Notes: a model not told the origin generated them from the sequence alone. DNA of 64,000 nucleotides from an uncultured Candidatus Saccharibacteria bacterium (GCA_964432275.1 CAYSMH010000002.1:9418-73417); one strand, 5' to 3'; counted from the first letter of the stretch, positions 18,953 to 29,149 are shown. Numbers and translations are program-made.

Positions 18953-19618
18953 ATGAACATGCTCATTGTTGAGGATGACGCTGATATACGATCGTATCTT
19001 TGTGAAGCATTTACTGATGAAGGGTTTATAGTCGACGAAGCTTCAGATGGATACGTAGGTCTGCAAAAAGCTCGTATCTCGTCATACGACATAATCGTCC
19101 TTGATTACAACCTCCCACACAAATCTGGTGGAGATATTTGCAAAGAATTACGCCAAAGCAACAGTACGAGTCGTATCATTATACTATCAGTCGTTGGAAC
19201 TATTCCAATAAAAGTTGACTTGCTCAACAGTGGCGCTGATGATTATCTAACTAAGCCGTTTGTATTTGGCGAACTTCTCGCACGAGTACGAGCACTTTTG
19301 CGAAGACCTACCAAACTCAAAGAACGAATGATACGCATCGGCAGTATTACGCTCGATATCGACCGACACCTTGTCACGAAAAAAGACGCTATAGTACTAC
19401 TGACTCCCAAAGAGTTTGCATTACTTGAATATTTTATGTGTCACGCAGGACAAATACTCTCACGCATGACGATACTTGAGCATGTATGGGGAGTAAATGC
19501 AGATCCATGCACCAACACCATCGAAACCCATGTACTAAATCTACGACGGAAGCTCAATGATCAAAACAAAGAGCTTATCCACACGATTCCCGGCGTCGGC
19601 TATAAACTAGTAGGGTAG
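18953..19618 (+). CDS. OmpR-family two-component response regulator
   Basis: REC domain (MNMLIVEDDADIR...DIIVLDYNLP...TKPF) plus winged-helix output (ILSRMTILEHVWG...IHTIPGVGYKL). Confidence 0.85.
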   Translation: MNMLIVEDDADIRSYLCEAFTDEGFIVDEASDGYVGLQKARISSYDIIVLDYNLPHKSGGDICKELRQSNSTSRIIILSVVGTIPIKVDLLNSGADDYLTKPFVFGELLARVRALLRRPTKLKERMIRIGSITLDIDRHLVTKKDAIVLLTPKEFALLEYFMCHAGQILSRMTILEHVWGVNADPCTNTIETHVLNLRRKLNDQNKELIHTIPGVGYKLVG

Positions 19619-19669
19619 TAATACGCTATACTGCACTTATAGAGGATACGTGAGTCCCAAATATGGTTC

Positions 19670-20431
19670 ATGCGCTCCAAAAAACAGGTGCAGACACATA
19701 GTCAGCACACCCGTACACTTGAAAAAATACGCGAACTGTATAAGTTTGCAGAATTTGGCCGATTATCGTCTGGTCTTTTTCATGACATTATCAACCCTCT
19801 TACCGCGATAGTGTTAAACATAGAACAGGCCCGATCAAATCACACCAACATTCCTAAGGTCAAAAAATATTTGGATCAAGCATGTGGAGCAGCGCGACAC
19901 ATGGAACGCTTCGTTGTTGCCATTAAACAACAACTTCACGACACCCAGAAACTTGCATATTTTTGTCCGTGCGCAGAGATTTATTCTGTGGGCAATATTC
20001 TCTCACATAAAGCTCGTGCTGCAAATGTACGATTAGAGTTTTCGCTCAACGCTACTGTACCGCTATTTGGAAATAGTACATATTGGACACAGATCATACT
20101 CAACATTATTAGCAATGCGATTGACGCATACGACAACTCTCACAAGAAAAGTATCGAGCGTGTTGTCACGATCAGCTGCAACAACACTCCAACACTGTTT
20201 TGCTGTAGTATATCTGATCATGGAACTGGAATAGCTCGCTGTCATATACACAAAATATTTAATGCATTCTTTAGTACAAAACTAGGCTGTATGGACAAGG
20301 GGACGGGGGTCGGACTTTCTATTGCAAAACATTTACTAGAAAAAGAATTTAACGGAACTATTACTGTCAAAAGTACCCGTGTTTCAGGAACAACATTTAC
20401 ACTTAGTATTCCCGTACATAGAAAACTTTAA
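19670..20431 (+). CDS. sensor histidine kinase lacking TM/sensor domain (cytoplasmic orphan-type)
   Basis: H-box FHDIINPLTAI, N-box ILNIISNAIDA, G1 DHGTGI, G2 GTGVGLSIAKHL; no hydrophobic N-terminal segments. Confidence 0.8.
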   Translation: MRSKKQVQTHSQHTRTLEKIRELYKFAEFGRLSSGLFHDIINPLTAIVLNIEQARSNHTNIPKVKKYLDQACGAARHMERFVVAIKQQLHDTQKLAYFCPCAEIYSVGNILSHKARAANVRLEFSLNATVPLFGNSTYWTQIILNIISNAIDAYDNSHKKSIERVVTISCNNTPTLFCCSISDHGTGIARCHIHKIFNAFFSTKLGCMDKGTGVGLSIAKHLLEKEFNGTITVKSTRVSGTTFTLSIPVHRKL

Positions 20432-20489
20432 CGAATTTTTATTTTTTATTTATCTTTTCTTTATATCTACAACATATACTTTGTACTAT

Positions 20490-20651
20490 ATGTTGTATAC
20501 CCACGATCTTTATGACTACCGATGCACCTGCGGCAAACTCTTGTGCAAAGGCGCAATTATCCAAGGTATTGTTGAAGTGAAATGTAAACACTGTCACGAA
20601 GTCATGCGCTTTTCTGGAACAACAAAAACACCGTATCCTGTGCTGTATTGA
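20490..20651 (+). CDS. small Com-like zinc-ribbon protein (53 aa)
   Basis: YRCTCGKLLCKGAIIQGIVEVKCKHCHEVMRF fits the phage Mu Com pattern RCpnC.KLL......ieIKCpRC; ORF-track N-terminal extension is low-complexity AT-rich and rejected. Confidence 0.5.
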   Translation: MLYTHDLYDYRCTCGKLLCKGAIIQGIVEVKCKHCHEVMRFSGTTKTPYPVLY

Positions 20652-20705
20652 CTTTATATAATTTTTATGTAAAATACAAAAAAATAAACCCCTTAAATTT
20701 TACGT

Positions 20706-21083
20706 ATGGCTCTTTTACTCAAAGAAATCAAAACACAGAAAATCACAAAAAAACAGTTTGCAGAGTATGTTAAGTGTAAATTATTACCTGAAGAGGAATC
20801 CTACAAACAAGAAAAAATCTTAGAAATTTTTGCATGGTTTGGACCACATTTCTCTGTTCACGTTGCGTGTGTTGTAACATATGGATTACAAGTTACCAGC
20901 TTCCGTACAGTAAAAAGGGAACTGCAGAATTTATTTTTCAGACTCAACCTCAACACGCTCGACAGGTACAAACTTACTGAGACTACAATTGAAACTGTGA
21001 AAAAAGAGTTGCGAATTTGCGCAGCAAATTTTGAAACAAAGGCAAGACAGCAAAAACAATCTGTTGCACAACAAGTAGCCTAA
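20706..21083 (+). CDS. hypothetical protein
   Basis: 125-aa ATG ORF followed by a terminator; no recognised motifs. Confidence 0.4.
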   Translation: MALLLKEIKTQKITKKQFAEYVKCKLLPEEESYKQEKILEIFAWFGPHFSVHVACVVTYGLQVTSFRTVKRELQNLFFRLNLNTLDRYKLTETTIETVKKELRICAANFETKARQQKQSVAQQVA

Positions 21084-21102
21084 GTAACACACCGAAACAA
21101 AA

Positions 21103-21132
21103 TGACCCCGCATCTATGTGCGGGGTTTTATT
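21103..21132 (+). terminator. rho-independent terminator
   Basis: accccgca-tctatg-tgcggggt followed by tttta. Confidence 0.55.
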
Positions 21133-21243
21133 ATGCACACTCTACTGCGTATATAGTGTCGTAAAAGATATATTGTGCGACGTTAGTACTCTAGAGAGAA
21201 CGGGTCTGTAGACCCTCCTCCCTCCTGCAAATATGTCGCGAAG

Positions 21244-22128
21244 TTATCTTGTTTGATATGTCGTTAAACAATCATTAAATGCAGAAACTTGTGCGTTGTA
21301 TTGTTTTATTTTTTCTTGAGAGATGACAAGGGTAGTGTTGTACTGCGAAACAAGTTTGTTGAATGCTTCTACCTCTTTTCTATACTCTTCCCCGCCGGGG
21401 GTACCTGGAGTTTCGAGACGAGCTTTTTCATTTGCAATATATCCTTGTTGAGATTTTAAATCTGCATTCATAGTATCAATTATTTTTTTCAATACCGGAT
21501 CGATCAACGGACACGCACTTCGTCCCGTCCCAAAGTGCTGAACCGCAAACCAAACCTCTCGACCTTGATACTCGGCTTTCATAGTATATACACCTATTTC
21601 TTGATAGTTGGGATTAAGAATGTTGGCACGATGCCCTGGACTTTCCATCCATGCGCGTACCACATCAGCACCGTCTACAAAAGCACCTAGCGCAAGATTT
21701 TCACCCATGACCACATAGTCATACCCTACTTCTCGACCAAGATCAGAGACACCCTTACCTGATGGAGAATCGTGTTCGAAATATTGATAGGTAATCATAT
21801 CCTGTGTTTTCACTGAAGCAGAGGCTTCAAGTTTGGGATTGATTTGTAACGGCAATAGGCCTGCATTTATACGCTCAATGTTGGTTGCATCAACAATCTC
21901 ACTACTTGATATGTTGCCCTGATCATGTTTAGTAAAAAGTGATATGGGCTCAATACTCTGCATGTATGAACGTATCGAACGTGGCACGAGTGCCGATGCA
22001 CGTTCTTTGGGGACGATAGTATCGAGAACTTGGGTGACAACTTGAGTACTAACGTCAGGAACTGCCAAGGTGACGATAAGTATCACAAGAGTGGTACCAA
22101 TAAGAATGTTACTGAATGTTTTATACAT
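21244..22128 (-). CDS. CAP/SCP/PR1-like (YkwD-type) secreted protein
   Basis: N-terminal TM/signal; GENLALGAFVDGADVVRAWMESPGHRANILNPNYQEIGV...WFAVQHFG matches the CAP domain signature (GENIa...W..SpgHr.NIl). Confidence 0.75.
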   Translation of the reverse strand: MYKTFSNILIGTTLVILIVTLAVPDVSTQVVTQVLDTIVPKERASALVPRSIRSYMQSIEPISLFTKHDQGNISSSEIVDATNIERINAGLLPLQINPKLEASASVKTQDMITYQYFEHDSPSGKGVSDLGREVGYDYVVMGENLALGAFVDGADVVRAWMESPGHRANILNPNYQEIGVYTMKAEYQGREVWFAVQHFGTGRSACPLIDPVLKKIIDTMNADLKSQQGYIANEKARLETPGTPGGEEYRKEVEAFNKLVSQYNTTLVISQEKIKQYNAQVSAFNDCLTTYQTR

Positions 22129-22130
22129 AG

Positions 22131-22532
22131 TTAACAGTTGGCGGGTGTATACCCTTGCAGCGTAGCATCTTCTACGGTCTGGAACCAGATACGATTTTCT
22201 GGCTTGATACGTTCAAGTCCTGCACAATCAGGAGTGTAGTACTTAGTCCCATTTTTTGACCCAGCGTATGCTCCTTGGGGAGTATCTGCAGCAGTCGTTG
22301 TAGGTGTAGGAGAGGGTGTTGTGGCTCCCAATACAGTACCTTTTCCCAACTTCTCTACGGGTACAGCGAGGCTTGCGAGAACTTCTGAGGCACAGTGAAG
22401 CTCGACAGTGTCTTGCGCTCGCCCACCCTCAGAACTGCTATATAATATTCCACAATAAAAAGCTAATCCTGCAATAGCTAGGATGAGTATTCCAAAAAGG
22501 GCTTGGTAATACTTACTCAAAAAGGCGTGCAT
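22131..22532 (-). CDS. hypothetical membrane-anchored protein with C-terminal Cys motif (Ada-like Zn-ribbon resemblance)
   Basis: Start MHAFLSKYYQ at 22532 (divergent from rpmA); one TM helix; C-terminal KYYTPDCAGLERIKPENRIWFQTVEDATLQGYTPANC resembles the YC.P.C....eN..fF.s...A...GyrPC..C pattern. Confidence 0.45.
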   Translation of the reverse strand: MHAFLSKYYQALFGILILAIAGLAFYCGILYSSSEGGRAQDTVELHCASEVLASLAVPVEKLGKGTVLGATTPSPTPTTTAADTPQGAYAGSKNGTKYYTPDCAGLERIKPENRIWFQTVEDATLQGYTPANC

Positions 22533-22610
22533 AGTATACCTACTAGTATACCCTACCCTTCTATAGAACGCATTGACAAAAAGCGGTATTTTAGGGTAAG
22601 ATAGGCACCT

Positions 22611-22886
22611 ATGGCACATAAGAAAGCCCAAGGAGCAGCAAAAAACCTTACGGATTCAAATCCACAATATCTCGGCACCAAACTCTATGATGGGCAGTTT
22701 GCAACCGCTGGATCTATCATCGTGCGTCAGCGCGGCACCAAGATTCTTGCAGGTACTGCAGTAGGTATGGGTAAAGACCACACACTCTACGCACTCAAAG
22801 ATGGTACAGTAAAGTTTAGTAGCAAACGCAAACAAAACTTCGACGGTACAGTATCTGTACGCAAAGCAGCAAATATTATTGAATAA
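22611..22886 (+). CDS. rpmA: 50S ribosomal protein L27
   Basis: [12 protein letters not shown]...[34 protein letters not shown] matches the L27 consensus. Confidence 0.95.
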   Translation: MAHKKAQGAAKNLTDSNPQYLGTKLYDGQFATAGSIIVRQRGTKILAGTAVGMGKDHTLYALKDGTVKFSSKRKQNFDGTVSVRKAANIIE

Positions 22887-22910
22887 CAATACATCCCTCT
22901 GACGAGGGAT

Positions 22911-23357
22911 TTATTGTTGGACGATATCTATCGTAAAGGTAGAGTGATATCCTTCATCAGTAACGTCAACTTGATACTTCCCTACTTTTTTGATCGGGCC
23001 GTGCTGTATCGTCATAAGTTTGGGGTCAAGTGAAATACGGTGGGTATCTACCAAATACGCAGCAATATCAGCTGTATCTATTTTTGAAAAGAGATTGCCT
23101 TGTTCACTTGCCTTGACCCGCATCGTCACTGCCAAATCTCGCACAGTATTGATTGATTCGTCGAGAAGTTTGTGATGCAATGCTCGTTCGCTGGCAACAC
23201 TAGCTTGGTAGCGTTTGAGTTCAGCGAGCGCTTTTTCAGTGGCAAGAATAGCAAGCTTTTTAGGAAACAAAGCATGCTCTGCGTAGCCTTGCGCTACCTC
23301 AACTACTTCGTGCTTTTTACCTACTTTTTGTACATTTTGCTGCAGAATAACTTTCAT
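22911..23357 (-). CDS. rplI: 50S ribosomal protein L9
   Basis: MKVILQQNVQKVGKKHEVVEVAQGYAEHALFPKKLAILAT matches the L9 N-terminus; ORF extension to 23435 rejected. Confidence 0.9.
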   Translation of the reverse strand: MKVILQQNVQKVGKKHEVVEVAQGYAEHALFPKKLAILATEKALAELKRYQASVASERALHHKLLDESINTVRDLAVTMRVKASEQGNLFSKIDTADIAAYLVDTHRISLDPKLMTIQHGPIKKVGKYQVDVTDEGYHSTFTIDIVQQ

Positions 23358-23370
23358 ACTATATCGTTGA

Positions 23371-24603
23371 TTATTTTTTAAACAATTCAATCGCTTTTTC
23401 GAGTTGAATATCTCTTCCATCACTACGCTCCACAAATGGGATCAGTACTGTAGGAGTAAGTCCACTATCTGAAATAGAGACTCCGTTTGGGGTGTACCAT
23501 TTTGCGACCGTGATCTTGAGCGATGTATCCTTGGTGAGTTTGATAACTTCTTGAACCGACCCTTTACCATACGTTTGCTCTCCTGCAAGAATTCCTATTC
23601 CCTGTTCAGAAAGTGCTCCCGCTAAAATCTCAGACGCAGACGCAGACCCCTTATCAACAAGTATCACCAACTTTGACCCTTTGGGAAACAGTGTGGGACC
23701 CTTGCTGGTCTCTACAGATACATCAGCCTCGGTTTTACCAATCTCTTTGACCACCACCTCACCCTCAGGGATAAACCACCCCGCTATTGTCACTGCGGCG
23801 TCAAGATATCCTCCTGGGTTGCCCCGCAAATCAAGCAGAAGGTTAGAATATCCAGAATCACGATACTCACGAAGCGCATCATAAAACAGTTGTGGTGACT
23901 GTGCGGAGAAATTATATAGATGGATTACAAAGGTTTGTGTATCTGCACGCTTTTCGGTGTCTACCGTAGGAAGATCAATATTTTCTCGTGTCACAGTAAA
24001 AACTCGTGGCGCAGTAAACCCTTCGCGAACAATCGTAAGATCAACCGTAGTCCCCGCCTTGCCCCTAATCAGTGAAATAGCTTTGTCGATACCAAGATCG
24101 CTCGTACTTGTTTCCCCGATTGCGATAATCTTGTCCGCAGCACGCAGACCCGCTCGTTCTGCAGGTGTATCCTTCAGTGGAGCAATAACAGTCAATACAC
24201 CATCCTTCTCACCTATTTCGATACCAATACCGTCAAAAGTTCCCGCAATTTCTGATTCAAAAATTTCATTTTCTGAAGGAGTGAAAAACGTAGTGTATGG
24301 ATCATCAAACGATGCGAGCATTCCCTTGATTGCGCCGTACACCCGATCCTCTGGACTCGTTTGATCTGCATCGGCAAACTTCTCATCTACCACAGCCCAC
24401 GCCTTCCAAAACGGGTCAAAATCAGTGGTTTGTGCGACTAATGAGTCTTTGTGAATCACAGAAGTAATGCGTTGTGCAATCGGACGATTTTCATAGCCTA
24501 TATATACACCAACGAAAAATAATACCCCACCCAGAAGAAGAGTCTTGAATACCTGTACTGTTTGGGCTTTTTTATTAGAGTGTTGTTCCATGAATACTCT
24601 CAT
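23371..24603 (-). CDS. ctpA: carboxyl-terminal processing protease (S41 family) with PDZ domain
   Basis: N-terminal TM, PDZ (GIGIEIGEKDGVLTVIAPLKDTPAERAGL), S41 catalytic region (LVILVDKGSASASEILAGAL, GKGSVQ); alternative start 24591. Confidence 0.85.
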   Translation of the reverse strand: MRVFMEQHSNKKAQTVQVFKTLLLGGVLFFVGVYIGYENRPIAQRITSVIHKDSLVAQTTDFDPFWKAWAVVDEKFADADQTSPEDRVYGAIKGMLASFDDPYTTFFTPSENEIFESEIAGTFDGIGIEIGEKDGVLTVIAPLKDTPAERAGLRAADKIIAIGETSTSDLGIDKAISLIRGKAGTTVDLTIVREGFTAPRVFTVTRENIDLPTVDTEKRADTQTFVIHLYNFSAQSPQLFYDALREYRDSGYSNLLLDLRGNPGGYLDAAVTIAGWFIPEGEVVVKEIGKTEADVSVETSKGPTLFPKGSKLVILVDKGSASASEILAGALSEQGIGILAGEQTYGKGSVQEVIKLTKDTSLKITVAKWYTPNGVSISDSGLTPTVLIPFVERSDGRDIQLEKAIELFKK

Positions 24604-24808
24604 CAGTAGGATCTATCGTTTGAGATGCGCCCTGTCGAAGCTCAAAGCGTAGCTTCTTGTATGCGTATCTAAGCCGGTATGTCAGCACAATAAGTAATAC
24701 CCCAATAGCTACTGTAAGCACTGTTTTTACTATATCCACCACACCGAAAAACGGCAGAAAGAGTAGTACGATCCCGATCCAAAGTAGTAGTCGTAATTTA
24801 CCAACCAT
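24575..24808 (-). CDS. hypothetical small membrane protein (77 aa, 2 TM)
   Basis: ATG ORF between rsmI and ctpA on the same strand; two hydrophobic helices; overlaps ctpA N-terminus by ~30 nt. Confidence 0.3.
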   Translation of the reverse strand: MVGKLRLLLWIGIVLLFLPFFGVVDIVKTVLTVAIGVLLIVLTYRLRYAYKKLRFELRQGASQTIDPTDESIHGTTL

Positions 24809-24829
24809 GGTGCCCAGTATACCAAAAAG

Positions 24830-25525
24830 TTAGCCCCTGTGATAGCTTGGAGCAACAACCACCACAAACTCCCCTCTAACCTTGTCTGGATGCTCGGTAT
24901 AGTATGCCAAAAGCTCGACAGCCGTACCCCGAGGATATTCCTCAAATGCTTTGGTCATTTCTCTACCAACCATGAGTTGTCTGTCCCCGAGTATTCCACT
25001 GAGTGCTTCGAGGGTCTTGAGGATCCGATGTGGAGATTCATAAAAAATGACCACATGTTCACTCTCCGCAATATGCGCAAAGAGTGTCTGTCTCCCCTTT
25101 TTGTGCGGAATAAATCCCAAAAATTCAAAATGATTTCCAGGAAAACCTGATACCGACAACGCACTGACGACAGCCGATGCGCCCGGTATTGGCACCACTG
25201 TTGCATCTGGATATGCCTTTCGAAATTCATCTATAAAAAGTGATCCCGGATCAGAGATCGCCGGAGTACCTGCATCAGTCACAAGTACAATATGCTCGTG
25301 TTCGGCACATCGCTCAAGTGCTTTTGTTACTGCTGTGTCACTACTTTGTGCATGACTTGATACATATTCCTTTTTCTCACCGCCAATACCTAAAAGCTTA
25401 AACAACTGCCCAGTCGTACGTGTGTCTTCTGCGAGCACGAGCGTTGCCTGCTCAAGCACTTCTTTTGCGCGAAGCGTGATATCTTTGAGGTTCCCTATTG
25501 GAGTTGCGACAACAGAGAGAATCAT
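24830..25525 (-). CDS. rsmI: 16S rRNA (cytidine1402-2-prime-O)-methyltransferase RsmI
   Basis: MILSVVATPIGNLKDITLRAKEVL...AEDTR...TDAGTPAISDPG (tetrapyrrole-methylase fold, RsmI signature); start 25525 chosen so as not to overlap the tRNA. Confidence 0.85.
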   Translation of the reverse strand: MILSVVATPIGNLKDITLRAKEVLEQATLVLAEDTRTTGQLFKLLGIGGEKKEYVSSHAQSSDTAVTKALERCAEHEHIVLVTDAGTPAISDPGSLFIDEFRKAYPDATVVPIPGASAVVSALSVSGFPGNHFEFLGFIPHKKGRQTLFAHIAESEHVVIFYESPHRILKTLEALSGILGDRQLMVGREMTKAFEEYPRGTAVELLAYYTEHPDKVRGEFVVVVAPSYHRG

Positions 25526-25526
25526 G

Positions 25527-25598
25527 TGCGTGTACATGGAATCGAACCATGGACCTCTGTCTTATCAGGACAGCGTTCTACCACTGAACTATACACGC
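25527..25598 (-). tRNA. tRNA-Ile (anticodon GAU), no encoded CCA
   Basis: Cloverleaf folded by hand: acceptor gcgtgta/tacacgc perfect, D stem gttc/gaac, anticodon stem ctgtc/gacag with loop ctGATaa, T arm catgg-ttcgatt-ccatg, discriminator A. Confidence 0.8.
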
Positions 25599-25659
25599 GT
25601 GGTGGCATTATTATACTTATTTAGATCAAATATTCAAGCTGAGACGAGTGCCGAAGCAT

Positions 25660-26595
25660 TTATTCGTCATCTGCCTCCCCTACTTCTCCAACCTGCATCG
25701 CATCGATAATCTTGTCGATTTTGCCGAGCATGATACCTTCGATGTTGGAGAAATTTTGGCGGATGCGGTGATCGGTGACGCGGTCTTGGGGGAAGTTGTA
25801 GGTGCGGATCTTTTCGGAACGATCAGCAGTACCGATCTGGTTCTTGCGGTCCCCTGAATACTTTGCTGCTTCTTCTTCCTCTTTGAGCTGCTGAAGCTTG
25901 GCAGTGAGGATCATAAGAGCTTTTTCACGGTTATCTACCTGACTACGTTCAGCAGTAGATCGTACATCAATACCTGTTGGTTTGTGAATGAGACGTACTG
26001 CAGTTTCAACCTTGTTGACGTTTTGTCCCCCTGCACCTCCTGAGCGTGAGTACTCCATTTCCAAGTCTGCAGGGTTGATCACAAACTTCACTTTTTTACG
26101 AATCGGCAAAATAGCAATCGATGCAGTCGACGTGTGAATGCGTCCCATCTTTTCAGTGACCGGTACACGCTGCACACGGTGCACTCCTGTCTCAAAACGG
26201 AAAAGTTTGTATACATCTTTACCATGTATTTCAAGCGTATATGGGTCAATATGCTTTGTCTTCCATCCACGTGTGTCCGCAAATCGTTCATACATATCCA
26301 CAAGTTCTGTCGCAAAGAGCGCCGCCTCATCTCCACCAGCACCCGCACGAGCTTCGAGAATGATTTCGTTTGGAAATTCTTCTTCCTCTTTTTCACTTTC
26401 CTCGATCGCTTTGATCTGATCTTCGATCGCAGTTTTTTGCACAGCAAGCGCTGCGAGTTCATCTGCAGCAATATCTTTCATGCTTTCATCACTTGCAATA
26501 AGTGTATGCACTTCTTCTTCTTGTTTCAAAAGACGCTCGTATTCAGATGCGAGGTATTGGGTCTTGTGATTTTTTTTCAGTTCTTCGAGATTCAT
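25660..26595 (-). CDS. prfA: peptide chain release factor 1
   Basis: GGQ motif [18 protein letters not shown]; RF1-type tripeptide region [22 protein letters not shown] (PxT); ATG at 26595 (ORF-track start 26607 is TTG). Confidence 0.9.
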   Translation of the reverse strand: MNLEELKKNHKTQYLASEYERLLKQEEEVHTLIASDESMKDIAADELAALAVQKTAIEDQIKAIEESEKEEEEFPNEIILEARAGAGGDEAALFATELVDMYERFADTRGWKTKHIDPYTLEIHGKDVYKLFRFETGVHRVQRVPVTEKMGRIHTSTASIAILPIRKKVKFVINPADLEMEYSRSGGAGGQNVNKVETAVRLIHKPTGIDVRSTAERSQVDNREKALMILTAKLQQLKEEEEAAKYSGDRKNQIGTADRSEKIRTYNFPQDRVTDHRIRQNFSNIEGIMLGKIDKIIDAMQVGEVGEADDE

Positions 26596-26706
26596 AAAAA
26601 TAGACAAGATGCCTCACCAGACATTACTATCTTTTCCGAAAACTCGCTTCGCTCAAACAGTTCTCCAAAGATAGCAATGCCTGCCTCGGCACCTCGTAGT
26701 ATGTCG

Positions 26707-26958
26707 TTATTTCTTTGCAGCTGCCGCACGCTTTTTGAAGCGGTCTACACGTCCTGCGGTGTCGATCACCTTTTCGTTTCCAGTATAGAACGGGTGTGAT
26801 GCACTTGAGATTTCGACGCGGTACGCATCGTACTCTGTGCCCTTGTAGGTCGCCTTTTCAGAAGTTTTGACAGTAGAGCCGATCAAAAACTGAGTATCAG
26901 AAGAGTTGTCGATAAAGACGACAGGTCGGAAGTTGGTTGGGTGGATATCCTTTTTCAT
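26707..26958 (-). CDS. rpmE: 50S ribosomal protein L31
   Basis: MKKDIHP...[24 protein letters not shown] matches L31. Confidence 0.9.
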   Translation of the reverse strand: MKKDIHPTNFRPVVFIDNSSDTQFLIGSTVKTSEKATYKGTEYDAYRVEISSASHPFYTGNEKVIDTAGRVDRFKKRAAAAKK

Positions 26959-27003
26959 AGGGGCTCAGTATAGCACAGGCGTATTGAAAATCAATACTCT
27001 GTA

Positions 27004-28374
27004 TTATCGCCTAGAAACACCATACTGTACGAGATAGTCAATATCTGCCTGAATCGCTCGAGTATGTGCCATAACAGAGTTACCGTACCCCGCAACAGCA
27101 GCACTTGTTGAGCATGCGCGTCCAGAGTAGTAGCGACATGCTGCGGTTCGCTCATTGGCCTCCCCTCCTACTGCGCCATTTGCCTTGTGCAGCATACCAG
27201 ACGCCATGATCGCATCTCGAGCAATCCATGGGTTTGATGTCGCCTTTCCAAGAGCTGCTGCAACTTTTCCTTGATACATTTCCCAGGTTGAAGGAATAAA
27301 TTGTGACGGCCCCATCGCGCCTCCCCATCCGAGGTTTCCAATACGGCAAGAAATAGGTGTAGTTTCTGGGTTAAGTCCGAGCGCTTTGGTGATACGCAAA
27401 AACGGTGGGATATCTCGAGTAGGATGCATCATAGCTGTATAACTCTTGGATGGTGGGTCCCCCGCTCTGTTACAAGTACCGACATTAGCACCAAGGTTGG
27501 ACTCTTGCTTGAGAGTACCGAGAATAAACGCAGCTCGTACCCCCGTTGCAGCTTCTGCCTCTTTGGCATATGCATATGCTTCTTTAAATGGAATAGCTTT
27601 GGTCGCACCTCCCGCAAAACTAAAAAGTTTACTTTCGATCGCAGAAACTTTCTTTTGCTGTTCTGCTACTGTTGCTGCTACTCGTTGCTCTTCAGTCTTA
27701 CTCGTATCAAGAAGCACCTTTGCTTCTTTTTGAGATGCAGTGAGTTTACTCTTTTCACTTTCAAGTGCATTTTTTGCGTCTTTTGCTTGCTCTTGCTTAT
27801 CGAGAAGTTGAGTTTTTTGTTCTTCGGTAGCTGAACGAATCCGCTTGATTTTATCGAGTGATGCGTAGAGTGACTTTTTGACCGCCATAAAGTCATCGAG
27901 ATCTTGATAGAAATCAGTTACGGACTGAGCTGAAAGTACGACATATGCGGCACCTTTTTGGTCAAGTTCGTTGGTACGCTTGACCAACTGCTCCATAGAC
28001 TGTCGCTCCCGATCAAGTTCCCCTGAAAGACTTGTAATCGCCTTTTCTTTTTCACCAATCTGCTTTGAAAGTGTTCCGATCGACGTGATCTGGTTCTTGA
28101 TCTTGGTTTGTGTACTGTTTATCTGTGAGATGATTTTGTTGACGTTGGACTGGAGCGCGCCACTTTTTGACTTTTGTGCAGCAAGCTGTGTTTGAAGTTC
28201 TTTGAGACGAGCAGTTTCTACTGCATAGTCACGACATGCTTGTGCAATATCTTCTGATGTAGGATTGAGACATACTGCCGGTTGTGTATCTGCAGCTTCA
28301 GTGGGTACAAGCCATAACGCTGAAACCCCGATCGAAACAACAACAAGTACTGCAATAAAAAACTTTTTTACCAT
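27004..28374 (-). CDS. secreted coiled-coil protein with C-terminal MltB-like lytic transglycosylase domain
   Basis: Signal/TM N-terminus, ~250 aa heptad-rich region, then FILGTLKQESNLGANVG and GAMGPSQFIPSTW resembling MltB motifs. Confidence 0.7.
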   Translation of the reverse strand: MVKKFFIAVLVVVSIGVSALWLVPTEAADTQPAVCLNPTSEDIAQACRDYAVETARLKELQTQLAAQKSKSGALQSNVNKIISQINSTQTKIKNQITSIGTLSKQIGEKEKAITSLSGELDRERQSMEQLVKRTNELDQKGAAYVVLSAQSVTDFYQDLDDFMAVKKSLYASLDKIKRIRSATEEQKTQLLDKQEQAKDAKNALESEKSKLTASQKEAKVLLDTSKTEEQRVAATVAEQQKKVSAIESKLFSFAGGATKAIPFKEAYAYAKEAEAATGVRAAFILGTLKQESNLGANVGTCNRAGDPPSKSYTAMMHPTRDIPPFLRITKALGLNPETTPISCRIGNLGWGGAMGPSQFIPSTWEMYQGKVAAALGKATSNPWIARDAIMASGMLHKANGAVGGEANERTAACRYYSGRACSTSAAVAGYGNSVMAHTRAIQADIDYLVQYGVSRR

Positions 28375-28450
28375 ATATGAAATAAGACTCTCAGTATACC
28401 AAGAGTCTTACATCGCGATCTATTGATTTGCTATTGAATCTATTGCGTAC

Positions 28451-29083
28451 TTATTCAGCAGCAGGTTCAGCGTCTTCGTCTTTCTTGCCTTTTTCTACTA
28501 CTTCGATAGCGCTAAGATCCATTGGAGCTGATTCTTTTTCTTCTTGGAATGCCGCAACGAGTGCAACCACTTCTTCACCATCAGTCACCATAGTCACACC
28601 CTTAGGAAGTACAATGTCTTTAACATTGATCTGCATATCAACAGATGCAAGTGAGGTCACGTCGACCTCAAACGCATGTGGTAGGTCTGCAGGAAGTGCG
28701 CGTACTTGTACTTCGTGAAGCACCTTCACAAGTGTGCCGAGTCCACCCTTTTCTGCTTCTGCGAGTCCTGTGAACTCGATCGGTACCGCAACCTCAATCT
28801 CTTTCTTCATGTCGATAACGAGAAAGTCTACGTGTGTTGGCACGTTCATGATCGGGTCAAGCTGCATGTCGTGGATCAATGTGGTCACCTTTTCACCAGC
28901 AACATCAAGTGTCACTGCAGTAGTCTCACCTGCCTGTTTCCATACTTTTGCAAAATCTTTGGAAGATATAGCGATCGATACCGCGTCTTTGCCCATGCCG
29001 TAGTACACAGCGGGGATCTGGTCAGCAGCACGGAGTGTCGCAGGGGTCTCGGTGCCTCGTTTGGTTGCAGTTAATGTAATCAT
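28451..29083 (-). CDS. rplY: 50S ribosomal protein L25 / general stress protein Ctc
   Basis: MITLTATKRGTETPATLRAADQIPAVYYG... L25 N-terminal beta-barrel pattern with Ctc-type acidic C-terminal extension; ATG 29083 (29101 is GTG). Confidence 0.85.
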   Translation of the reverse strand: MITLTATKRGTETPATLRAADQIPAVYYGMGKDAVSIAISSKDFAKVWKQAGETTAVTLDVAGEKVTTLIHDMQLDPIMNVPTHVDFLVIDMKKEIEVAVPIEFTGLAEAEKGGLGTLVKVLHEVQVRALPADLPHAFEVDVTSLASVDMQINVKDIVLPKGVTMVTDGEEVVALVAAFQEEKESAPMDLSAIEVVEKGKKDEDAEPAAE

Positions 29084-29149
29084 AGTGGGGATACTATACA
29101 CAATAAGGCCGGTTTTGTAAAATGAGAAATACTTGACACTATACTCATA

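Noticed and set aside
24591-24603. Choice between two in-frame ATGs for ctpA
   Set aside because: It is not resolvable by eye. The longer form is reported and the alternative noted.
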